This document shows positions 53,790-61,918 of a DNA stretch of 64,000 bases, in pieces; the first letter of the stretch is position 1, and each line of letters opens with the position of its first letter. Source of the stretch: Thermodesulfobacteriota bacterium. GTDB taxonomy: Bacteria > Desulfobacterota_D > UBA1144 > Nemesobacterales > Mycalebacteriaceae. The position numbers and the translations under genes were made by a program. The stretch covers positions 1,056,001-1,120,000 of the forward strand of contig OZ245366.1 of NCBI GenBank assembly GCA_965226585.1, read 5' to 3'. Under the pieces are notes generated by a model that was not told the DNA's origin, did no database searches, and saw nothing but the letters and a program-made list of their open reading frames with translations.

Positions 53790-54130
53790 TCCGTTCCTCC
53801 TTTTCTGCCGGATGATTTTACCATCAGCCACAGCGGTCTTTTTGTTCTCCTTCCCCACGACTGCAGAACAAAAACAAACCTGCCGTTCATAATCTCGCCG
53901 CTAGCGGTAAAATCAAATTTTCCTTTTTTATTTGTGCTGACAACAATGTCGCCGCTCTCAAGCGGGTTGTCTGCAAAACCGCTTGCGGCGGCGGAAGGTA
54001 TTTCAATCGCGAGGCGTTTCTTTGTCTCCTCAAAAGGTTGAAGAAACGGAACAATCCACGCTCTGCCGCAAGCGATCAGAACAAAATGCGGCTTCTCCGC
54101 TTCTTTTTTGTAGAGAAAAAACTTATTCAT
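53786..54130 (-). CDS. Hypothetical protein resembling a degenerate LigD 3'-phosphoesterase domain
   Basis: AWIVP..KKRLAI, GKFDF...G.IMNGRFVF, WLMVK; overlaps neighbours on both sides. Confidence 0.55.
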   Translation of the reverse strand: MNKFFLYKKEAEKPHFVLIACGRAWIVPFLQPFEETKKRLAIEIPSAAASGFADNPLESGDIVVSTNKKGKFDFTASGEIMNGRFVFVLQSWGRRTKRPLWLMVKSSGRKGGTE

Positions 54131-54911
54131 TTTTCTTGAGGATAACCGCAAGTCCTTTAAGAGTAAGCAGCGGGTCGGTTGAGGATACGGTTTCGCATTT
54201 GCCCGAAAGCAGTGATGAAAAGCCGCCGGTTGCGACAATCTCCGCTTCCTCCTTCATTTCTGACAACAGCGCGCGCGCCATAGCGTCAATCATTTTCGCG
54301 TAGCCGAACATTGTTCCGGACTTTATGCAATCTTCGGTGTTCGCGCCAATCACAGACGGCGGAAAACCCTGCGGAACTGGTGGCAGAGCCGGGGCGCAGT
54401 TTGCGAGGGCGTTGCGGAACGCTTCAATTCCCGCGCAGATTGAGCCGCCCAGATAGACGCCTTTTGAGGAAACGCAGTCAAAAGTGGTGGCTGTTCCGAG
54501 GTCAACCGCTATGCAGGCTTGTTTTGCGATGGCAAAAAGCGCGGCGGCGTTCGCAAGTCTGTCAATTCCGAGTGTATCCGGGGTTTCATAAGCGGTTTCA
54601 AGCCCGGTTTTCATTCCGCAGTGTGCGACAAGGGGTGAGATGCCAAAAGCGGATTCAACGGCTTTCGCGGCGTTTTCAGCGGTCTTTTGACCGGAGACGG
54701 AACCTATAACAGCCCCTTGCGGCACAGCGCGGAAGGCGTTTGAAAGTTCACCGGCAAGAGAGTCAGCGTTAGAGAGCGGAATTTCAAAATGGGCGTCAAC
54801 CTCCCAGTATGCGGGGTCTGCGCCGCAATTTTGAAAAACCGCCGCGTCAACACTTGTGTTGCCGATGTCAACCGCGAGCAGGGTGTCTTTTCTACTTTTA
54901 TCCTTTGGCAA
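54123..54911 (-). CDS. coaX: Type III pantothenate kinase
   Basis: AVDIGNT, LGIDR, VDLGTATT, ATGG, LTLKGL. Confidence 0.94.
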   Translation of the reverse strand: MPKDKSRKDTLLAVDIGNTSVDAAVFQNCGADPAYWEVDAHFEIPLSNADSLAGELSNAFRAVPQGAVIGSVSGQKTAENAAKAVESAFGISPLVAHCGMKTGLETAYETPDTLGIDRLANAAALFAIAKQACIAVDLGTATTFDCVSSKGVYLGGSICAGIEAFRNALANCAPALPPVPQGFPPSVIGANTEDCIKSGTMFGYAKMIDAMARALLSEMKEEAEIVATGGFSSLLSGKCETVSSTDPLLTLKGLAVILKKNE

Positions 54912-54998
54912 AACCGTATAGATTTTAACATCATTACAACTTTGGCAAGTGGAGCAGGGGTGAGTTTTGCTGTTTGCCGTTTTTCACAGGAGAAATAA

Positions 54999-55187
54999 AT
55001 GTCTGACAAAGAATCAAAATTTGATGTGCGTATAGTGGAGAGAAACATAGCCGGCGGCATTGTCTCGGCGAATGATTACAAGAAGAAAATCAAAGACTTA
55101 AAGGACTCGGAAGACAACGCGGAGTTTGTGCCTATTGAAGAAGAAGAGAGAGACGGAGAAGACTCGGAGCAGGAAGAAGCGGAATGA
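54999..55187 (+). CDS. Small acidic hypothetical protein
   Basis: AGGAG SD; FDVRIVERNI motif; ATGA overlap with the next gene. Confidence 0.7.
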   Translation: MSDKESKFDVRIVERNIAGGIVSANDYKKKIKDLKDSEDNAEFVPIEEEERDGEDSEQEEAE

Positions 55188-55393
55188 AAAAGTGGCAATA
55201 CAAGATTGTCCCCCTTCAAAGCATGGTGGAAACCCAGTCCAATCACGACATAGAAGTGTCCGTTGAGGAAGGAAAGTCCAGAAAGGAAGGTTCCCGCAAA
55301 AAGATGGAAACCGCCCTCAACAAACTCGGAGGCCAAGGCTGGGAGATGGTCGGCTCTTTTAGAGATTTTGTGTTGTTGAAGAAAGAGAAGTAG
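55184..55393 (+). CDS. DUF4177-like small protein
   Basis: WQYK...LNKLGGQGWEMV. Confidence 0.8.
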   Translation: MKKWQYKIVPLQSMVETQSNHDIEVSVEEGKSRKEGSRKKMETALNKLGGQGWEMVGSFRDFVLLKKEK

Positions 55394-55411
55394 CGGAAAC
55401 TCAAATCAGAG

Positions 55412-55828
55412 TTATCTGCCGTCACCAATCGCCAGAATATTAATTCCGACCGCAAAGTCTGGTTTATTCACGCCTTCTTCAAACCTGAATCCGTCAACAA
55501 TCAACCATTTTGGTACTGACGGCTGATACTGTCTTACCCGCTTAACAGATGAGAAAAACTGAAGCGGAGAAAGGGAAGCACCTTCAATTTTCTCTATCTC
55601 TTCTTGCTCTTTATTTTCTGAATTACTGCTAACCACCCAAGCTATAAGTCCAACAACCGCAAGAACTCCAACAGCAACACCTATTGTAATAGCTACAGCA
55701 TCACCTTCGTCATACTTACATCCGTGACCTCTTTCCACAGTTGATGACGGACAGTGGTCAGCCCTCACTTTTCCAGTAAGACCTGAAGTGCACATACAAA
55801 CAGCCAGAATAAAAATTAACAATCTCAA
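55412..55828 (-). CDS. Hypothetical membrane/exported protein (AT-richer)
   Basis: Signal-like N-terminus and a TM segment; coupled to the upstream lipoprotein gene. Confidence 0.55.
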   Translation of the reverse strand: MRLLIFILAVCMCTSGLTGKVRADHCPSSTVERGHGCKYDEGDAVAITIGVAVGVLAVVGLIAWVVSSNSENKEQEEIEKIEGASLSPLQFFSSVKRVRQYQPSVPKWLIVDGFRFEEGVNKPDFAVGINILAIGDGR

Positions 55829-56385
55829 TTTTTGCCATCCAATTTCAGGTTTGATATTTCTTCAATTCCCTCTTTTATTGATTGTCTTGCCGCCCCCTCA
55901 TTTGCCTTTGCCAACCTTGTTGTTCCAATAAGGGCTTCCCCGAAGTTCGCCTTGTAAGTACTGGCGATGAAATTCTCCCATACTTTGTTTCCCTCTCTGT
56001 CGGATAAAGTCCAGTGTGTTGACATTCTCACTTCCATATTGATTCCAGCCAGTGGTTGGTCTAGTCCCAACAATTTGACTTGGAGTGTGTAGTCAGATTC
56101 CCCAACTTTCACTACACTGCTAAAGAGGCCGTATTTTTGTATTGACTTAATAATTGCCAGCTTCAGACCTTTGTCGCTTATCTGCGAACGCCCAAACAGT
56201 GCAGAGGTTCCCCTCCCTCCTTCTGTCAAAACATGAACTGTCGCCTTATGTTTGTTTTTCAGAGACGCACTCTCAGGCACCATTTTCTTAAAATCCGCAG
56301 GTCTGGCAAAACACCCACTCAAAAGAAGCGACAATAGAATTAAAATCCCAATAACTATAAGAATTGATAGACGGGAACGACTCAT
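55825..56385 (-). CDS. Putative lipoprotein
   Basis: GGAGG SD, lipobox LLSGC. Confidence 0.72.
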   Translation of the reverse strand: MSRSRLSILIVIGILILLSLLLSGCFARPADFKKMVPESASLKNKHKATVHVLTEGGRGTSALFGRSQISDKGLKLAIIKSIQKYGLFSSVVKVGESDYTLQVKLLGLDQPLAGINMEVRMSTHWTLSDREGNKVWENFIASTYKANFGEALIGTTRLAKANEGAARQSIKEGIEEISNLKLDGKN

Positions 56386-56563
56386 AGGAATAAACCTCCA
56401 TAAACTCCGATTGAACAAGGCGCCGGGCCTTGTTAGCTACCTAAACTGAGTTTAGAAGTCTGTTTATTTCCCGCAAGGGTCTTGTATTCACAGAGACCCG
56501 ACAGTGCGGGGTCTCAACTTAGGTAACTAACGGTGTGGAGTTTATAAAGAAGGTTTCTTTGTG

Positions 56564-56857
56564 TCAAGAAACCAAAGACGATGCCAATTTGACTTTGGCT
56601 TTCAGTTTTTTCTTTTCTTTAGCCAGAGCGCGAAAAGTACATTCGGACTGAATCCCGTGCCAGAACTCTTCAGACTGCTCAAAGAATGCGCCAAAAAGAA
56701 TAGACATCTTGGGCGTAATGGAACGTTTGCCAAGAACTATCTCATTAACAGCCCTGGGCGCAACGCCAATAGCGCGAGCCATAGCATTCTGCGAAATCTT
56801 CATTGGCTTCAGATACTCCTCAAGAAGAATCTCGCCGGGTGTGATTGGTTTTCTCAT
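56564..56857 (-). CDS. higA: HigA-family antitoxin (orphan)
   Basis: [28 protein letters not shown]. Confidence 0.9.
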   Translation of the reverse strand: MRKPITPGEILLEEYLKPMKISQNAMARAIGVAPRAVNEIVLGKRSITPKMSILFGAFFEQSEEFWHGIQSECTFRALAKEKKKLKAKVKLASSLVS

Positions 56858-56863
56858 AGCAAC

Positions 56864-56892
56864 ACCCTATAACGTTACAGGGGTGAGGTCAA
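56864..56892 (-). promoter_or_regulatory. Putative higA promoter with palindromic operator
   Basis: TTGACC-17 nt-TAGGGT; palindrome CCCT-A-TAACGTTA-C-AGGG (56865-56882). Confidence 0.6.
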
Positions 56893-56893
56893 C

Positions 56894-58426
56894 TCACTCC
56901 CACTCAATAGTCCCCGGCGGTTTTGTGGAAATGTCATAAACCACGCGCCCTATTCCCTCAATCTCGTTGATTATGCGTGTTGAAGTTTTCTCAAGAACCT
57001 CAGGGGGGATTTTTGCCCAGTCTGCCGTCATTCCGTCTGTGCTTGTTACAGCCCTGAGCGCAATCACATTGTCATAGGTTCTGTTGTCTCCCATAACGCC
57101 AACCGTGCGCACGGGAAGAAAAACCGCAAACGCCTGCCATATCTCATCGTATATCCCGGCTTTCCGTATCTCCTCAATGTATATCGCGTCTGCGCGGCGG
57201 AGCATATCAAGAGCTTCCGGAGAAATCTCTCCAAGCACACGTATCGCAAGACCGGGACCGGGAAACGGATGACGCCCCAGAATATTGTCCGCAAGACCAA
57301 GATGACTGCCAACCCTTCTGACCTCATCCTTGAAAAGTTCGCAAAGCGGCTCCACAAGTTTAAGATTCATCTTCTCCGGCAACCCCCCAACATTGTGATG
57401 GGTTTTGATTGTTACCGCCGAACCATGCGCCGCCGCGCTCTCTATGACATCGGGATAGAGAGTTCCCTGAGCCAGAAACTCAGCGCCTTCTATCTTCTTC
57501 GCCTCACGCTCAAAAACCTCAATGAACTCGCGCCCTATGATTTTCCTCTTCTCCTCAGGGTCTGAAACACCTTTCAGTTTGCCGATAAAACGCTCCCCTT
57601 CATTCACCCTTCTGACCTCAATGCCCGATTTGTCAAACATCTCCACAACCTCATCACCCTCGCCCAGACGCAAAAGCCCGGTGTCAACAAAGATGCAGAC
57701 AAGAGACCTTCCCACCGCCTCGCGCACAAGAGCCGCCGTTACGGACGAATCAACACCGCCCGAAAGACCGCAGATAACCCGCGACTTTCCAACCCGCTTT
57801 TTCACCGCCTCAACCGCGCGGTCAATAAACGCCTCAGGCGTCCACGATTTTTCGCATCCGGCAATTTTGAAAAGAAAATTGGCAATTATCTCCCCGCCGC
57901 GCGGAGTGTGGGCAACTTCAGGATGAAACTGCGTTCCAAATATCCGCCTGCCTTCGTGCTTAACCGCCGCAAAAGGCGCGCTTTTTGTCCGGGCGGTGGA
58001 AACAAAACCATCGGGCAAACGCGAAACCCTGTCTCCGTGAGACATCCACACATCGGCGGATGAGGAAAACCCTCCGAACAAACCGCCAGAGTCAACTATC
58101 TCTATGGCCGCGGGACCAAACTCCCGCTCTTGAGACCGCTCAACCTCGCCGCCAAGCATACGGACAATCATCTGCATCCCGTAGCATATTCCCAAAACCG
58201 GAACGCCGGACTCAAGAATGGCGGCATCAAGCAAGGGCGCGCCCTCATCCCATACGCTTCGGGGACCTCCCGACAAAACTATCGCTGAGGGCGAAATCCC
58301 GCGCACCTCTTCCGCCGTAACCGTGTGCGGTTTAATCTCTGAAAAAACGCCCTGCTCGCGAATGCGGCGGGCTATAATCCGGGTGTATTGAGACCCGAAA
58401 TCGATGACAAGAACGGTTTGTTTCAT
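56894..58426 (-). CDS. guaA: GMP synthase (glutamine-hydrolysing)
   Basis: DFGSQY, GICYGMQ, QFHPEV, SGGVDS, IKTHHN, KPPGTIEWE. Confidence 0.98.
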   Translation of the reverse strand: MKQTVLVIDFGSQYTRIIARRIREQGVFSEIKPHTVTAEEVRGISPSAIVLSGGPRSVWDEGAPLLDAAILESGVPVLGICYGMQMIVRMLGGEVERSQEREFGPAAIEIVDSGGLFGGFSSSADVWMSHGDRVSRLPDGFVSTARTKSAPFAAVKHEGRRIFGTQFHPEVAHTPRGGEIIANFLFKIAGCEKSWTPEAFIDRAVEAVKKRVGKSRVICGLSGGVDSSVTAALVREAVGRSLVCIFVDTGLLRLGEGDEVVEMFDKSGIEVRRVNEGERFIGKLKGVSDPEEKRKIIGREFIEVFEREAKKIEGAEFLAQGTLYPDVIESAAAHGSAVTIKTHHNVGGLPEKMNLKLVEPLCELFKDEVRRVGSHLGLADNILGRHPFPGPGLAIRVLGEISPEALDMLRRADAIYIEEIRKAGIYDEIWQAFAVFLPVRTVGVMGDNRTYDNVIALRAVTSTDGMTADWAKIPPEVLEKTSTRIINEIEGIGRVVYDISTKPPGTIEWE

Positions 58427-58457
58427 TGCGCGCGCCGTTTCCCGCAGTTGGAATTTT

Positions 58458-59933
58458 TCACTCTATTCTGTAGTTCGGAGCCTCGCGGGTGATGATAACG
58501 TCGTGAACGTGCCCTTCCCTGTGTCCCGCGTTTGTTATGCGGACGAAACTGTCGTATTTATTCAAATCTTTGACGGTTGAACAGCCAACATAACCCATTC
58601 CAGACCTCAAACCGCCGACCATTTGATACACGATGCCGCCAAGTGTGCCTCTGTATGGAACCCTTCCCTCTATGCCTTCGGGAACTAACTTTCCGGCTTC
58701 CTTTATGTTTTCCTGAGCGTAGCGGTCGCGGCTTTTTCCGTCTCGCATGGACTCTATTGAACCCATCCCTCTGTAAACCTTGTAGGTTCTGCCCTGAAAC
58801 AAAACAACCTCTCCGGGCGCCTCATCAGTGCCGGCAAACATGTTTCCAACCATCACGGAAGAAGCCCCGAATGCGATGGCTTTTACAACATCTCCCGAAA
58901 ACTTTACTCCGCCGTCCGCTATGACGGGAATTTTTTTCCGCGCCGCAACTGAATACACTTTTGAAATGGCGGTTATCTGAGGCATTCCCACTCCGGCGAC
59001 AACCCTTGTTGTGCATATTGAACCGGGACCGACCCCAACCTTCAGAGCATCCGCCCCCGCAGAGATAAGCGTTTGCGCGGCTTCGGAGGTTACGATGTTT
59101 CCCGCAACAACCTCAAGACCGGAAAAATTGGACTTAATCTCTTTGACGCTTTCTATGACTCTTTTTGAATGGGCATGAGCGGTGTCAACAAAAACCACAT
59201 CACAGCCGGCGGCTCTGAGGCTGTCAACCCTTGCGTCTCTGTCTGAATCCACACCAACTGCGGCGGCGCATCTGAGGCGTCCGAAACTGTCTTTTGAAGC
59301 GTCCGGGAACTTTCTTATCTTCTCTATGTCTTTCATCGTTATCATGCCCTTGAGACGGAAACGGGAATCAACAACGGGAAGCTTTTCTATGCGGAACTTG
59401 TGCAGAAGGTCTGTCGCCTTGTCGGTGGTAACCTTGCCCTCTCTGACTGTTACAAGACGGTCTTTCGGGGTCATGATGTCTCTGACGGATTTTGAAAGCC
59501 GCTTCTCAAACCTGAGGTCGCGGTTTGTTATTATGCCAACCAGAACGCCGTTATCTTCTGTTACGGGAAGCCCCGTTATGGCGTTTGAAGTCATGATGTC
59601 TAACGCCTCTTTCGCGGTGTGGGAGGGCTGAACGGTAAGCGGGTTGATTATCATTCCGCTTTCGTATTTTTTCACCTTCTCCACCTCTGCCGACTGGGAC
59701 TTGATGTCAAGGTTTCTGTGAATTACGCCAATCCCCCCTTCCTGCGCCATCGCTATGGCGGTTTTGGATTCCGTAACCGTGTCCATCGCCGCGCTGATAA
59801 GGGGAATTTTCAGTTTTATGGATTTTGTGAGATTTGTTGAGACATCAACATCTCCGGGCAGAACGGCGGAAAGAGCCGGAACAAGCAGTATGTCGTCAAA
59901 TGTGAATGCCTGTTCAATTTTTTTGTCCGGCAT
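58458..59933 (-). CDS. guaB: IMP dehydrogenase
   Basis: [12 protein letters not shown] pair, [25 protein letters not shown]. Confidence 0.98.
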   Translation of the reverse strand: MPDKKIEQAFTFDDILLVPALSAVLPGDVDVSTNLTKSIKLKIPLISAAMDTVTESKTAIAMAQEGGIGVIHRNLDIKSQSAEVEKVKKYESGMIINPLTVQPSHTAKEALDIMTSNAITGLPVTEDNGVLVGIITNRDLRFEKRLSKSVRDIMTPKDRLVTVREGKVTTDKATDLLHKFRIEKLPVVDSRFRLKGMITMKDIEKIRKFPDASKDSFGRLRCAAAVGVDSDRDARVDSLRAAGCDVVFVDTAHAHSKRVIESVKEIKSNFSGLEVVAGNIVTSEAAQTLISAGADALKVGVGPGSICTTRVVAGVGMPQITAISKVYSVAARKKIPVIADGGVKFSGDVVKAIAFGASSVMVGNMFAGTDEAPGEVVLFQGRTYKVYRGMGSIESMRDGKSRDRYAQENIKEAGKLVPEGIEGRVPYRGTLGGIVYQMVGGLRSGMGYVGCSTVKDLNKYDSFVRITNAGHREGHVHDVIITREAPNYRIE

Positions 59934-59963
59934 ATCAGGACTCCGCGCGGAAATATGCGGCCA

Positions 59964-60659
59964 TTACTTCCTTTTTCTCCCTGAAGACGCGGAGCTTTTG
60001 CCTTTCGGTTTTGCCGGAGTTTTGGGCGCGGGTTTGGATTTTTTCGGAGCGGGTTTGGGCTTGGGAGCGGGTTTTGCCGCCTTCTTCACCTGTTTCTTCA
60101 CGGGCGCGGGAGCCGCCTTTTTTGGAGCGGGCTTTTTCTTCGGAGCCGGTTTCGCTGAAGGCTTGGGCTTTGCCGCAGGCTTGGGCTTTGCCACAGGTTT
60201 GGGCTTTGCCGCAGGTTTAGGCTTTGCCGCAGGCTTAGGCTTTGCCGCAGGCTTAGGCTTTGCCGCAGGTTTAGGCTTTGCCGCAGGTTTGGGCTTTGCC
60301 GCAGGCTTAGGTTTCGCGGCGGGTTTTGCCGTCGGTTTTGGCTTCGCTGAAGAGGCGGGTTTGGAAACCGGCTGGGCGGGCGGCTTGGAGGTGAAAATAT
60401 CCACTACCTTGTCGCGAAGTTCAGGGTGAGCAACCGTGAGCTCTATCTCTATCTCCTGCGTTTTCTCGCCAATAACAACGAATATCGGCACTATGCCTAT
60501 GAAAGTGGTTTGCTTTTTATCGCCGTCAACTCTTTCAAAGTCGAGAGCGGACATCAGTTTTTTCGGAAAACTCTGGAGCAAGGTTTCGCCAAGGTCAATG
60601 CTCTGCTGTGGAAGAAGCCCGTCCTGACTGATGCTAATCTTTATTGAAGTAGGTTTCAT
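59964..60659 (-). CDS. Hypothetical protein with histone-H1/AlgP-like K/A/P-rich C-terminus
   Basis: About 90 aa globular N-terminus followed by AAKPKP repeats; ATG 60659 avoids overlap with the divergent AAA gene. Confidence 0.75.
   Translation of the reverse strand: MKPTSIKISISQDGLLPQQSIDLGETLLQSFPKKLMSALDFERVDGDKKQTTFIGIVPIFVVIGEKTQEIEIELTVAHPELRDKVVDIFTSKPPAQPVSKPASSAKPKPTAKPAAKPKPAAKPKPAAKPKPAAKPKPAAKPKPAAKPKPAAKPKPVAKPKPAAKPKPSAKPAPKKKPAPKKAAPAPVKKQVKKAAKPAPKPKPAPKKSKPAPKTPAKPKGKSSASSGRKRK
60160..60321. repeat. Coding tandem repeat, 9 x 18 bp (AAKPKP)
   Basis: ggYttRggctttgccgca units with mostly synonymous variation (one VAKPKP unit). Confidence 0.92.
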
Positions 60660-60806
60660 CTGCGGGTGTAAGGGTTTTATGCTAACAAATATCCGTTCAC
60701 AAATCAAGAACTGAAAAAGCGCGGGCGGCGGACTGAAACCCTCGGAGAGTTTGCGAAAGTGGAATGTTGCCGTATAGTTATCTCCGGCTGGTATTTCTGC
60801 GGGAAG

Positions 60807-61757
60807 ATGAGCGATAAAATTTTTCAGCAAATCCGGAAGGAGCTCGACAGGCACATCATAGGCCACAGCGAGGTCAAGACCGCCCTGCTCCTCGGTCTTC
60901 TGTCAAGAGAACACATATACATAGAGGGAACTCCGGGAACCGCGAAAACGATGCTTTCCGAGATTGTGGCGGCGTGCGCGCAGTTGAAATTTTTCTTCTA
61001 TCAGCTCCACAGAGACACACGCCTTTCGGAACTTGTGGGCGATATGGTTATCTCCAAAGAGTCTGTGGATGAGGAAGAGATAATACGGCAGAAGATAGTG
61101 AAGGGAGGAATTCTCACCTCGGAAATTTGCCTGCTTGACGACATCTCAAGGGCTCCCGGAGAATCTTTGAACGTGCTTCTCCGCATACTTAACGAAAGGA
61201 AATTTTTTGAAGACCCTCTGCCCCTCATGACGGCGATTGCCACAAGCAACCCCACGGCGGACGAATACTACAACGAGCCGCTTGACCCCGCCAACCTCGA
61301 CAGATTTGTGCTTCAAATAAAGTCATTCGGCACGGCATACAAACGCGACTGGGATCTTGCGGGCGACATAATCTCCCTCTACTCGTCAAGAGACGAGGAA
61401 GTGGAAGTCCCCAAACTTCTGGAAAGAGGAGCATTGGACAAACTGCATGAGCAGGTCAAGGCGGCTCCCATACCCAAAGCGGTGCAGAACGGGCTTAAAG
61501 AGTTCATCCGCATACTTGTTGAGGATTTCGGGCTGGACGAAACCAACTCACTTATCTCAGACAGAACCTTCTTTGTGAAGGCGCTTAAAATAATCAGGGC
61601 TTACGCCGTGCTGAACGGAAGAAAATCCTGCACAATGCAAGACCTTGAAGTGCTGAAATACATAACCGTTTTCCGCATTCCGCCGGAAGTTTACGCTCAG
61701 ATTGACGCAATTCTTGAGCAGATAAAATCTAAAAAAAAAACCGTGACGAAGAGCTGA
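60807..61757 (+). CDS. MoxR/RavA-family AAA+ ATPase (zero-frame product)
   Basis: EGTPGTAKT Walker A, CLLDD Walker B variant, LNVLLRILNER, ATSN, LDPANLDRF, ISDR. Confidence 0.88.
   Translation: MSDKIFQQIRKELDRHIIGHSEVKTALLLGLLSREHIYIEGTPGTAKTMLSEIVAACAQLKFFFYQLHRDTRLSELVGDMVISKESVDEEEIIRQKIVKGGILTSEICLLDDISRAPGESLNVLLRILNERKFFEDPLPLMTAIATSNPTADEYYNEPLDPANLDRFVLQIKSFGTAYKRDWDLAGDIISLYSSRDEEVEVPKLLERGALDKLHEQVKAAPIPKAVQNGLKEFIRILVEDFGLDETNSLISDRTFFVKALKIIRAYAVLNGRKSCTMQDLEVLKYITVFRIPPEVYAQIDAILEQIKSKKKTVTKS
61728..61742 (+). other. Candidate -1 frameshift / transcriptional slippage site (TCT AAAAAAAAAA CC)
   Basis: A10 run at 61731-61740; the -1 frame opens right after TAA (61730-61732) and stays open to 63064. 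Confidence 0.65.
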
Positions 61758-61918
61758 ACCAGCCCCCTCCTGAACAGGAAAATCAAGAGCCGGAATCTCT
61801 GTCTGAGTTCGACAAAGACCTCCCCGAAGAAGGCGACAAAGAGGAACTTCCGGATGAAGATTCGGAAAAAGAAGCGGAAGAAGAGCACGACTCTGCGCGG
61901 GAAACTTTCTTTCAGGTT

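Noticed and set aside
56400..56560. Possible integron attC site near the lipoprotein and higA genes
   Set aside because: No matching RYYYAAC...GTTRRRY boxes enclosing a long imperfect palindrome, and no intI
60160..60321. Tandem repeat as a CRISPR array
   Set aside because: Contiguous 18-bp in-frame coding units without spacers, and no cas genes
59755..60429. 224-aa GLGFAA-repeat ORF on the + strand
   Set aside because: Reverse-complement reading of the AAKPKP repeat; it also overlaps guaB antisense
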